This document shows, one piece after another, positions 7,404 to 15,853 of a stretch of DNA of 64,000 nucleotides (positions are counted from its first letter, which is position 1; each line of letters opens with the position of its first letter). The stretch comes from Faecousia sp. (GTDB taxonomy: Bacteria > Bacillota > Clostridia > Oscillospirales > Oscillospiraceae): the NCBI GenBank assembly GCA_045639485.1, contig JAZUDF010000066.1, forward strand, positions 15,965 through 79,964. The letters are read 5' to 3'. Under the pieces are notes generated by a model. That model worked only from the letters and a program-made list of their open reading frames with translations. It was not told the DNA's origin and did not search any database. Made by a program: the position numbers and the translations under genes.

Positions 7404-7549
7404 ACAATTTCAGATTGATAGCTGCAACGAAGTGTTTCGCACACGGGCTTCCAACTATCACTCGGGGTTACTGAGTGGAGATGATTGGGTATTACTGTAC
7501 ACCTTTCATCCCCATTTTTCTTTTCGTAAATTATTTAGGAGGTAATTCT
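7404..7549 (+). promoter_or_regulatory. Structured 5' leader of ssnA with a terminator-like hairpin and U-tract (candidate attenuator or riboswitch; class not recognised)
   Basis: Helix GATAG(7417-7421)/CTATC(7455-7459) encloses the CGAA-GTGT-TTCG hairpin. A second hairpin is CACTC(7459-7463)/GAGTG(7473-7477). A third is GGAGATGA(7477-7484)/TCATCCCC(7506-7513), followed by ATTTTTCTTTT (7514-7524). AGGAGG at 7537-7542 precedes ATG 7550. The 5' boundary is an estimated transcription start. Confidence 0.45.
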
Positions 7550-8908
7550 ATGATCATTTTAGCAAACGGCAGACTCATCACCCGCGATCCGTCCAATGGT
7601 TACATCAAGGACGGCGGCGTCGTCATCGACGGCACCAAGATCAAGGAAGTCGGCAAGACTGCTGACCTGAAGGCAAAGTACCCCGATGCGGAGTTCATCG
7701 ACGCAAAGGGCAACGTCATCATGCCTGCATTCATCAATGCACACACCCACATCTACTCTGCCCTTGCACGCGGCCTTTCCATCAAGAGCAACAACGCAGA
7801 CAATTTCTACGACGTTCTGGACAAGCAGTGGTGGGCCATCGACCGCAAGCTCTACATGGGCGGCACGAGAGCTTCTGCAAACGCCCTTTACATCGACTGC
7901 ATCAAGCAGGGTGTTACCACCGTATTTGACCATCACGCCTCCTACGGCGAGATCCCCGGCACGCTGCACACCATCGCAGAGTCCGCAAAGAAATTCGGCA
8001 TCCGTTCCTGCCTGTGCTACGAAGTCTCCGACCGTGACGGCGAAGAAAAGTGCCTGCAGGGCATCAAGGAAAACGCAGATTTCATCACCGAATGTGAAAA
8101 GAGCAAGGATCCGATGCTGGCAGCCATGTTCGGTGGCCACGCCCTGTTCACCATCTCTGACAAGACCTTTGACCGCATGGTCGAAGCCAACAACGGCCGT
8201 ACCGGCTACCATATCCACGTTTCCGAAGGCTGGAACGACGTTTATGATTCCATTCAGAACTACGGAAAACGTCCGGTCGAAAGACTTCGCGATCATGGCA
8301 TTCTCGGTGAAAAGACCATCCTCGGTCATTGCATCCACGTGACGGACAAGGAAATTGACCTGATCCGTGAAACCGGCACAATGGTCGTCAACAACCCCGA
8401 ATCCAACATGGGTAACGCTGTCGGCACATGCCCTGTCCTGCCGCTGTACAAAAACGGCATTCTTCTCGGTATGGGCACAGATGCTTACACCAACGATATG
8501 TTAGAGTCCATCAAGGTCGCTCTGATCGCACAAAGACAGAACGCAGAGCTTCCCAACGTCGGCTGGTGCGAAGTCACCGATATGCTCTTTAAGAACAACG
8601 CAAAGATCGGTGCAAGATACTTCCCCGATGAGATCGGTGTTCTCAAGGCCGGTGCAGCCGCTGACGTCATTGTCATGGACTACAAGCCGTTCACCCCGTT
8701 CTCCGATGCCAACATCGACGGTCACATGATCTTCGGTATGACCGGCCGCCAGTGCCTGACCACGATCGCAAACGGCAAGGTGCTGATGAAGGATCGCGAG
8801 CTCATCGGCATCGACGAGGAGGCTGAAAATGCTTACATTCTCGAAGAATCCAAGAAGCTGTGGGGCGACCTCAACAACTGCTCCTACAACGCAGACGGTG
8901 AGTGCTGA
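7550..8908 (+). CDS. ssnA: Putative aminohydrolase SsnA (amidohydrolase/chlorohydrolase superfamily)
   Basis: MIILANGRLI...MPAFINAHTHIYS...DHHASYGEIPG...HIHVSEG... is collinear with E. coli SsnA as I recall it. ATG 7550 lies 7 nt after AGGAGG. The GTG 7475 extension would run through the leader terminator. Confidence 0.85.
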   Translation: MIILANGRLITRDPSNGYIKDGGVVIDGTKIKEVGKTADLKAKYPDAEFIDAKGNVIMPAFINAHTHIYSALARGLSIKSNNADNFYDVLDKQWWAIDRKLYMGGTRASANALYIDCIKQGVTTVFDHHASYGEIPGTLHTIAESAKKFGIRSCLCYEVSDRDGEEKCLQGIKENADFITECEKSKDPMLAAMFGGHALFTISDKTFDRMVEANNGRTGYHIHVSEGWNDVYDSIQNYGKRPVERLRDHGILGEKTILGHCIHVTDKEIDLIRETGTMVVNNPESNMGNAVGTCPVLPLYKNGILLGMGTDAYTNDMLESIKVALIAQRQNAELPNVGWCEVTDMLFKNNAKIGARYFPDEIGVLKAGAAADVIVMDYKPFTPFSDANIDGHMIFGMTGRQCLTTIANGKVLMKDRELIGIDEEAENAYILEESKKLWGDLNNCSYNADGEC

Positions 8909-9123
8909 TGACCAAAATCCTTTACATCGACCGCTTTGGTGAACTGAATTATCAAGATGTTACCACCGCATATCTCTCCAACTATCAGGACACCACAAGA
9001 CTTGTGATCGGCACGATGGGCTGGGATATGCCGCGGGAAGATGCAGAAAAATGGATCATGAAGCTTGCAAACGGCAAGCAGGACGACCTGATCGATCTGA
9101 CCTGCCTTGGCAGAGCACAGTAA
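8908..9123 (+). CDS. Hypothetical 71-aa soluble protein, translationally coupled to ssnA
   Basis: ATG 8908 overlaps the ssnA stop (TGATG). I recognise no family. Confidence 0.45.
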   Translation: MTKILYIDRFGELNYQDVTTAYLSNYQDTTRLVIGTMGWDMPREDAEKWIMKLANGKQDDLIDLTCLGRAQ

Positions 9124-9124
9124 G

Positions 9125-9589
9125 ATGGTAGAAGAAATTCAAGCACGACGCCGCAGATTCGGCATCGCATTGCTGCTACTGCTTCTTTGGGTGGCTCTGT
9201 TCACCGTGCTGACGCATCTGTTCCCGATATCCTATATCTTCACGTATTTTCAGCCCTATACGTTATTGGAAGCGTTTTTGCTGCAGTTCATACCGCTTGT
9301 CTGGCCTGTTCTTTTCGTTTTAGTACTGACTTCCCTTTTAGGTTGGATTCTGCTGCGGTATGGCAACGAAATCGGACGCATCCTGCTGCTGATCTCACAG
9401 ATCACGGTTCTTGCCTTTGATGCATTCATCACTCCCCTGCACCTGTTCAACGAAATGGGTTATTACAATGCCGTCGGCGGCAGAGTGCAGAGCAATTTCG
9501 CTGACACACTTGTGTTCGGCCTGTGTAGTGCGGTGTATCCGATTGCAGCACTCATCCTGATGAACAAATGGAAACCAAAAATCAAATAA
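9125..9589 (+). CDS. Hypothetical integral membrane protein (about 4 TM helices)
   Basis: ATG 9125 lies 2 nt after the upstream TAA. There are four long hydrophobic segments. I recognise no family. The alternative TTG 9107 start overlaps the upstream gene. Confidence 0.5.
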   Translation: MVEEIQARRRRFGIALLLLLLWVALFTVLTHLFPISYIFTYFQPYTLLEAFLLQFIPLVWPVLFVLVLTSLLGWILLRYGNEIGRILLLISQITVLAFDAFITPLHLFNEMGYYNAVGGRVQSNFADTLVFGLCSAVYPIAALILMNKWKPKIK

Positions 9590-9610
9590 CCATATCCGGA
9601 GGAAATCAAC

Positions 9611-12568
9611 ATGTCTGAAAAAATGTATCCCATTCCCTTTAAATCTTTAATGAACTGGGTGCTTGAAGAATACAAGCAGTCCGGTACCGTCTTCGGCATC
9701 CGCAAGTTCTACAAGGCTGATCCCGCCAAGACGCTTCCCATCTTCGGTGAGAAGATTGAAACGCCGTTCGGCCCCGCAGCAGGCCCTAACAGCCAGCTGG
9801 CACAGAACATCATCGCCTCCTACATGGCTGGTGCCCGCTTCTTCGAAGTGAAGACCGTACAGAAGATGGACGGTCACGATCTGGCAGTCTGTGTCCCCCG
9901 TCCCTGCATTCTTGCAGATGACGAAGGCTACAACCAGGAATGGTCCACCGAGCTCGAAGTCCCGCAGGCACAGAACGAATACATCAAAGCATGGTGTGCA
10001 CTGAAAGTTCTGTCCAAAAAATTCGGTCTGGGCGATCCCGACGGCTTCGTGTTCAACATGTCCGTCGGTTACGATCTGGAAGGCATCAAGGGTGACAAGG
10101 TCAACACCTATATTGAGAACATGAAGGATGCAAGCAAGACCACACAGTTCGCGGAGTGCAAGGCAGTCCTCAAAGAGCTCTTCCCCGAAGAAGCCGACTT
10201 CATCGACGGCATTTCTCCCCGTGTTTCCCGCAGCATCACGCTGTCCACGCTGCACGGCTGTCCTCCCGATGAGATCGAACGCATTGCGACCTACCTCATC
10301 ACGGAAAAGAGTGTCAACACCTTTGTCAAGTGCAACCCGACCATTCTCGGCTACCGCACTGCAAGAGACACCCTCGACTCCATGGGTTATGACTATATCG
10401 TCTTTGATGAGCACCACTTCAATGAAGACCTGCAGTGGAAGGACGCCGTTCCGATGTTCGAGCGTCTGCAGGCACTGGCTGACAAGCAGGGCGTGGAATT
10501 CGGTCTGAAGCTTTCCAACACCTTCCCTGTTGACACCACCCGCGGTGAGCTGCCCAACGATGAAATGTATATGTCCGGCCGTGCACTGTTCCCGCTGACC
10601 ATTGAAATGTGCAACCGCATTTCCAAGCAGTTCGACGGCAAGATGAAGATCTCCTTCGCCGGCGGTGCAGAATACTTCAACTGCGACAAGCTGTTTGAAG
10701 CAGGCATCTGGCCCATCACCGTTGCCACCACCATTCTCAAGCCCGGCGGATACAACCGTCTGGTTCAGATGTGTGAAAAGGTCGAGGCACTTCCCTTCAA
10801 GACATTTGAAGGCACATGCACCGACAGTATCGCCAAGATGAGTGAAGACTGCCATACCGATTATCACCACGTCAAGCCCATCAAGCCGCTTCCCACCCGC
10901 AAGTCCGAAAATCCCGTGCCCTGGATCGACTGCTTCTCCGCACCTTGTAAGGGCGGCTGCCCCATTGCTCAGGACATTCCCGAGTACATCGAACTGTGCA
11001 GCAAGGGCTTGTATAACGAAGCTCTGAAGCTCATCACCGAGAAGAACGCACTGCCGTTCATCACCGGCACGATCTGTGCACATCGCTGCATGGGCAAGTG
11101 CTCCAGAAACTTCTACGAAGAGCCTGTTCAGATCCGTGCGACCAAGCTGACCGCAGCAGAAAAAGGCTACGATGCTCTAATCGCTTCCATCAAAAAGCCC
11201 GCACCCGTAGAAGGCAAGAAAGTCGCCATCATCGGCGGCGGCCCGACCGGTATGGCTGCAGCCTACTTCCTCGGCAGAGGCGGCGTAGCTTGCACGATCT
11301 TTGAGCGTGAAAACAAGCTCGGCGGTATTGTCCGTCACGTCATCCCCGGTTTCCGTATCTCCGATGAAGCAATCGATAAGGACGCAGCTCTCATTTCCGC
11401 CTACGGTGCAGAGATCAAGCTGAATACCCCGGCTCCCTCCGTTGATGAACTCAAAGCACAGGGCTACACCCACATTCTGTTCGCTGTCGGTGCCTGGAAG
11501 GCCGGTCGCCTCGACATCGAAGGCAACGTCAAGCCCGTCATCCAGTGGATGAAGGACCGTAAGTCCGGTGCAGACACCTCTGCTCTCGGTCACGTTGCAG
11601 TCGTCGGCGGCGGCAACACCGCAATGGATGCTGCCCGTCTTGCAAAACGCTGCGGTGCCGCTTCCTCTACGCTTGTTTATCGCCGTACCAAGAAGTATAT
11701 GCCTGCAGACGCAGACGAACTCGATCTTGCGATTGCCGACGGTGTCAACTTCCTCGAACTGGTCGCTCCGGTCAAGCAAGAAAACGGCAAGCTGATCTGC
11801 GACAAGATGAAGCTCGGCGATCCCGATGCTTCCGGCAGACGTTCCCCTGTTCCCACCGGCGAAATCGTCGAGATCCCCTGCGATCTGGTCATCTCCGCTG
11901 TCGGCGAACAGGTCGACGATGCACTGCTTGCAGCCAATGGCATTGAGCTGAACGCCAAGAAGCGTCCGTCCTTCAAGACGAACATCGAAGGCGTTTACGC
12001 CGCAGGTGACGCATTCAGAGGCCCCGCAACGGTCGTTGAAGGCATCGCTGACGCTGCCAAGTTTGCAGAAGAAGTCATCGGCAAGGCTTATGAATACGAG
12101 ATCCCCGCAGAGGCTTATCCCTCCTATGAGAAAGCAACCTCCAAGAAGGGTATCCTGAAGATGGCAAAGGACGCCTGCTGTGAAGCAAGCCGCTGCCTGG
12201 ACTGCAACACCGTCTGCGAAAACTGTGTTGACGTCTGCCCCAACAGAGCGAATGTCTCCGTCAAGCTGGCTGATGGCAGAATTCAGGTCATCCACGTTGA
12301 CAAGATGTGCAACGAATGCGGTAACTGCACGAGCTTCTGCCCGTACGCATCCGCACCCTGCAAGGATAAGTTCACGCTGTTCCAGACAGCTGAAGACTTT
12401 GTGGATTCCAAGAATTACGGCTTCCTGTTCCTGGATGGCGACAAGGTACGCGTGAGACTGTTTGCCGGCGTTGCCGACTACGATCTGGCAGGCAATAACG
12501 ATCTGCCCAAGGACATCGAAACCCTCATTCTCACCGTGAAAAAGAATTACGCTTATCTTTACAGATAA
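9611..12568 (+). CDS. ygfK: YgfK-type putative selenate reductase / oxidoreductase subunit (DPD-like barrel, FAD/NAD(P) domain and 4Fe-4S clusters)
   Basis: The N-terminus MYPIPFKSLMNWVLEEYKQ...FGPAAGPNSQLAQNI...EVKTVQ...NQEWSTE is collinear with E. coli YgfK as I recall it. It also has GGGPTGMAAAYFL and GGGNTAMDAAR dinucleotide folds and C-terminal CxxCxxC...CP ferredoxin motifs. GGAGG lies 7 nt upstream of the ATG. Confidence 0.88.
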   Translation: MSEKMYPIPFKSLMNWVLEEYKQSGTVFGIRKFYKADPAKTLPIFGEKIETPFGPAAGPNSQLAQNIIASYMAGARFFEVKTVQKMDGHDLAVCVPRPCILADDEGYNQEWSTELEVPQAQNEYIKAWCALKVLSKKFGLGDPDGFVFNMSVGYDLEGIKGDKVNTYIENMKDASKTTQFAECKAVLKELFPEEADFIDGISPRVSRSITLSTLHGCPPDEIERIATYLITEKSVNTFVKCNPTILGYRTARDTLDSMGYDYIVFDEHHFNEDLQWKDAVPMFERLQALADKQGVEFGLKLSNTFPVDTTRGELPNDEMYMSGRALFPLTIEMCNRISKQFDGKMKISFAGGAEYFNCDKLFEAGIWPITVATTILKPGGYNRLVQMCEKVEALPFKTFEGTCTDSIAKMSEDCHTDYHHVKPIKPLPTRKSENPVPWIDCFSAPCKGGCPIAQDIPEYIELCSKGLYNEALKLITEKNALPFITGTICAHRCMGKCSRNFYEEPVQIRATKLTAAEKGYDALIASIKKPAPVEGKKVAIIGGGPTGMAAAYFLGRGGVACTIFERENKLGGIVRHVIPGFRISDEAIDKDAALISAYGAEIKLNTPAPSVDELKAQGYTHILFAVGAWKAGRLDIEGNVKPVIQWMKDRKSGADTSALGHVAVVGGGNTAMDAARLAKRCGAASSTLVYRRTKKYMPADADELDLAIADGVNFLELVAPVKQENGKLICDKMKLGDPDASGRRSPVPTGEIVEIPCDLVISAVGEQVDDALLAANGIELNAKKRPSFKTNIEGVYAAGDAFRGPATVVEGIADAAKFAEEVIGKAYEYEIPAEAYPSYEKATSKKGILKMAKDACCEASRCLDCNTVCENCVDVCPNRANVSVKLADGRIQVIHVDKMCNECGNCTSFCPYASAPCKDKFTLFQTAEDFVDSKNYGFLFLDGDKVRVRLFAGVADYDLAGNNDLPKDIETLILTVKKNYAYLYR

Positions 12569-12575
12569 CAAATAA

Positions 12576-12617
12576 AGAAAAACCCCGGGGCGATGATCGC
12601 CCCGGGGGTTTTCTTTT
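12576..12617. terminator. Bidirectional intrinsic terminator between convergent ygfK and the SLH protein gene
   Basis: A 12-bp GC-rich palindrome CCCCGGGGCGAT/ATCGCCCCGGGG, flanked by an A-run and a T-run. Confidence 0.85.
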
Positions 12618-12622
12618 ATTAA

Positions 12623-15600
12623 TCATTCATCCCGAAAACGCATGGGGATGGAAGCAAGTTCGCTTCGCATCGCTCCTGCAGTCGGATTGAGGTAAGTCTT
12701 GCCGTCAGTTGCCTGACCGGAGATAATACCGGCATCCACTGCCCAGGCAAGGTAGTTTTTCGACCATGCGGGCACGGAAGAAGCATCTGCAAAGCTGCTC
12801 AGATCAGCACTGCCGGAAACGTCGCAGCCGAGGAACTTCGCAAGATTAAACATAAATACAGCCAGTTCCTGACGTGTCACGTTACCGTTCGGATCAAAGG
12901 TGCCGTCGCCCTTGCCGCTCGCAAGGCCGTTCTTCGCACACCATTCGATCGCCGTTGTATACCATTTGCCATCAGGTACATCGGAGAATGTGCCCTGATA
13001 TTCAGCATCTTCCTCATTGCCTGCGATACGGTAAAGGATCGACGCGACCATTGCACGGCTGACTTTCGTATTCGGTTCAAAGGTCAGTGCGTCTGTTTTC
13101 GTGCTGCCCATATGGCCTTTTTCGATCACGAAATCAACAGCTGTATGATACCATGCGGTTCTGTCGATGTCTTCGTATCCTTCACAGGGATCTGCAGGCA
13201 CGGGTGGTTCCCAATTCGGATCTTCCTCGCCGCAGCGGCTGCAGATGCCGTCGACGAAGTCATGGCCGAGTGCCTGAATTTCATTGCCCGCTGCAATCTT
13301 TTCGCCGCAATCGAGGCACCAGGTATCACCGGTGTAGCCGCTCTCAGTGCAGGTCGGCTCCTTTGCATCACGGAGCTCGGTATTCTCGTGTGTGCAGTCC
13401 GGCTTATAGTTCGGATCTTCATCACCGCAGCGGCTGCAGATGCCGTCTACGTAATCATGGCCGAGTGCAGGAAGCACTTCCACACGTTTTTCACCGCAAA
13501 GCAGGCAGGTATAAATCACCACACCGCTTTGTGTGCATGTCTGCTCCACAGAAACAGAACCTTTGTCCCAGGAATGTGCACAGCTGTTTTTCAGTTCCGT
13601 GGTGTAATACACAGAGCCGGAGCCGGCAGAATACAGTGTCAGGTCTTTCTGTGCTCCGTCACTATAGCAGCGGAAAATCGCACTGGTCGGATTGTACTGC
13701 AGATATTTTCCGGTCGAAGCATTCTTCAGCTTGATGGTACCGCCGGAAACGATGAACTTCCACTGTGCACCGACGTTTGATGCTTTTGTTGTAGTAGCAA
13801 GGGAATTGACAGTTAACGTGTGATACAGATAGTTGTCGCTGCCCTTCATTTTGACCGTGTAGGTTTTTTCGTTTGCATCGTAAAGCTCTACCTGATAAAC
13901 AAGTGTATCGGGAACTTCGTACAGTTTGTCGTCTACGAGAACCATTTCGGTATCCGACATCGGGACGACAGCCTTCTTGCCGCCGATAGCCGTACCGATC
14001 AGATCGCCGCTTGCATCCAAAAAAGACATGCCGTCATAACTGATGACATAATCACCGGTGTAGTCGTCCTGTTCGGATTGCAGCTGCGTAAATGCACCGT
14101 CACCGCTTGTTGAAAAATAAGTATAGAGTGCATAGAACGTCTGATTGCCGGAGAGCTTAAGTTCAGAGCCTGCTGCATAGACATTGGGTTTTGTAAGAGA
14201 GTCGGTAACGGGAGCATCCGTCCAACCGATGAATCGGTAGGCATATCTGTCCGCCGTCGGTGTACCCTGCGGCGTCGGGAGCTTCACAGTGTCACCTTCA
14301 TAACCTTCCGTTTTTGCACAGGTTACGCCGTCGGGCACGATGTAGCTGATTTCCATGTGCTGCTTCTGTGCGAATTTGATCGTCACAGTGCAGTCAGCGG
14401 TGATGTTGGAGATCGTGAAAACATTGCCGTCCTGCTTGACGCTGCAGGCACCGTTGGGAGAAACACTATAGCCGCTTGCATAATAGCCTTCTGCAGGTGT
14501 TGCCGTCACAGTGTTGCCGGAAAGGACGACCGTACCGTATTTCGTATTCTCGGAAACTGCGGTGACCGTATAGGAAACAGGAGAGCCGAACAGCTCCCAA
14601 TCGGAATTGACGGTCTGCAGAGCATCCACATTGCCATGACCGGGATAAACGTCAAGGTCAGACACAACGATTGGGAATGCGGCATATTCTCTTCTTGCGG
14701 AGGAAATGCTGCTGCAGCCCATGCCCGGATCCCAGTCACCGTGCTTGGATTTCATCGCGGAGATCGCCGTTTTGACGTCCTTGCCGTTTTTCATGTTGGA
14801 CCAGAAGGTCGCTTCATAATCATAGTCGCCGTCGAAGGTGACAGACTGTGAATAGCCGTAAACAACACCGACGCCGTGGTCACGGAACGGTTTTTCCAGA
14901 CCGTCCGTTGCCATGCCGAGGCAGATCGCCATCCAAACCAGATTGTTCGGTGCGGATTTTTCCATGTGATTGGTAATGGCGGTGCCGTCAACGTAATAGT
15001 AACCACCGGAGCTGTATGCGTGATTGTACGTGCTGAATTCGCCGGTTGCCCTTGACTTGTCAGCAGAGGTAAGACCGGAGCCTGTGGCAAGAAGCAGATA
15101 GGAAGTGTTTGCCTTAGAAACATAATCTTCACTGTAATAGCTTGCCATGTAGTCCGTATCGCCGTGGCTGTCGAAAATGACAACAGCGGCATTCTCGATT
15201 CCGTCGGCAACCGCATCGATCGTTGCTGCAGAGGTTTTATACAGCGTATAGGTGCCGCCGGTAGCCTTTGCGATGCTGGATGCCTCTGTCTGGTACTGCT
15301 TGGTAAAGCTGCTGTCCGTGCCGTAGAATGGCTCAATGAGGACAACGTCCTTCGCACCGTTGTCAGGACCGGTAGAACGCGTGCCGTAATCGACTGTCAC
15401 AACTTCACCGTCATCAACGTAGCCTTCTAAGGGCTTCATCTCAGAAAGGATGTTATACATCCTGCAGTTGAAGATACAAGGCTCATCACCAACGTCAAAG
15501 ACGAAGCAGCAGTTGCCGCGGTCTTCAGTATGATAGCCAAGCTTCTCAACAGTAGTTTTTGCGATGTGCGTTTTCTTTGCATCACTCAGCGGGCTACGGA

Positions 15601-15739
15601 GTGCAGAGGACGCCAGCAGGGCGGCATCGATTGCTTCAAACACCTCGTCCGGTGTCTTTTGTTCTTCCGCATACCCCGTCACGGCAACGACGGAAACAAT
15701 CATCGCCGCAATGAGTAAAATAGAAATAAGTCTTTTCAT
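12623..15739 (-). CDS. Secreted, SLH-anchored multidomain surface protein with an N-terminal clan-CD-like (C11/C25-type) cysteine peptidase domain
   Basis: Signal peptide MKRLISILLIAAMIVSVVAVTGYA. FDSHGD and MAICLG are candidate His/Cys dyad motifs. Ig-like or Listeria-Bacteroides-type repeats are present (YRFIGWTD). There are two Cys-rich modules. Three C-terminal SLH-like repeats are present (WYHTAVDFV..., WYTTAIEWC..., AWSKNYLAWAV...). ATG 15739 lies downstream of GGAGGTG. Confidence 0.7.
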   Translation of the reverse strand: MKRLISILLIAAMIVSVVAVTGYAEEQKTPDEVFEAIDAALLASSALRSPLSDAKKTHIAKTTVEKLGYHTEDRGNCCFVFDVGDEPCIFNCRMYNILSEMKPLEGYVDDGEVVTVDYGTRSTGPDNGAKDVVLIEPFYGTDSSFTKQYQTEASSIAKATGGTYTLYKTSAATIDAVADGIENAAVVIFDSHGDTDYMASYYSEDYVSKANTSYLLLATGSGLTSADKSRATGEFSTYNHAYSSGGYYYVDGTAITNHMEKSAPNNLVWMAICLGMATDGLEKPFRDHGVGVVYGYSQSVTFDGDYDYEATFWSNMKNGKDVKTAISAMKSKHGDWDPGMGCSSISSARREYAAFPIVVSDLDVYPGHGNVDALQTVNSDWELFGSPVSYTVTAVSENTKYGTVVLSGNTVTATPAEGYYASGYSVSPNGACSVKQDGNVFTISNITADCTVTIKFAQKQHMEISYIVPDGVTCAKTEGYEGDTVKLPTPQGTPTADRYAYRFIGWTDAPVTDSLTKPNVYAAGSELKLSGNQTFYALYTYFSTSGDGAFTQLQSEQDDYTGDYVISYDGMSFLDASGDLIGTAIGGKKAVVPMSDTEMVLVDDKLYEVPDTLVYQVELYDANEKTYTVKMKGSDNYLYHTLTVNSLATTTKASNVGAQWKFIVSGGTIKLKNASTGKYLQYNPTSAIFRCYSDGAQKDLTLYSAGSGSVYYTTELKNSCAHSWDKGSVSVEQTCTQSGVVIYTCLLCGEKRVEVLPALGHDYVDGICSRCGDEDPNYKPDCTHENTELRDAKEPTCTESGYTGDTWCLDCGEKIAAGNEIQALGHDFVDGICSRCGEEDPNWEPPVPADPCEGYEDIDRTAWYHTAVDFVIEKGHMGSTKTDALTFEPNTKVSRAMVASILYRIAGNEEDAEYQGTFSDVPDGKWYTTAIEWCAKNGLASGKGDGTFDPNGNVTRQELAVFMFNLAKFLGCDVSGSADLSSFADASSVPAWSKNYLAWAVDAGIISGQATDGKTYLNPTAGAMRSELASIPMRFRDE
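13205..13600. repeat. Two tandem ~195-bp (65-aa) coding repeats encoding Cys-rich modules
   Basis: The DNA strings ...TTCGGATCTTC.TC.CCGCAGCGGCTGCAGATGCCGTC.AC...ATCATGGCCGAGTGC... begin at 13215 and 13410. The protein modules read C..(E/Q)(P/Q)TCT(E/Q)SG...C..CGEK......ALGHD(F/Y)VDGICSRCG(E/D)EDPN. Confidence 0.8.
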
Positions 15740-15853
15740 CAGGTTATACACCTCCATTATCTTGTCAGATTATATCATATTCTGTGTTCGATATCTACAC
15801 AAAGATGTGATTTTTATATGAAAATTATGCCGCAGAAAAATCTGCGGCATAGG

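Noticed and set aside
7475-7549. A GTG 7475 start for ssnA (a 25-aa N-terminal extension), or a leader peptide.
   Set aside because: The extension runs through the terminator-like hairpin and U-tract and lacks an RBS. AGGAGG-7 nt-ATG at 7550 gives the canonical SsnA N-terminus. It is in frame with ssnA, so it is not a separate leader peptide.
7404-7549. A purine (guanine/adenine/xanthine-type) riboswitch or T-box upstream of ssnA.
   Set aside because: The region enclosed by the putative P1 is only about 33 nt with one small hairpin. It has neither the three-way junction with two ~7-nt kissing loops of purine riboswitches nor a specifier or T-box sequence. I kept it only as an unclassified candidate leader.
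9647-12571. Two very long antisense ORFs (9647-11083, 478 aa; 11177-12571, 464 aa) opposite ygfK. Similar cases are 16914-18215 opposite trkA, 7559-8338 opposite ssnA, 433-1119 opposite the phosphatase gene, and 21187-22327 opposite copA.
   Set aside because: Each lies entirely opposite a gene with unmistakable conserved motifs. Their translations are low-complexity (Gly/Val/Ala/Asp/Arg-rich) with no recognisable motifs and no RBS. Long stop-free antisense frames are an expected by-product of the strong codon periodicity of these genes.
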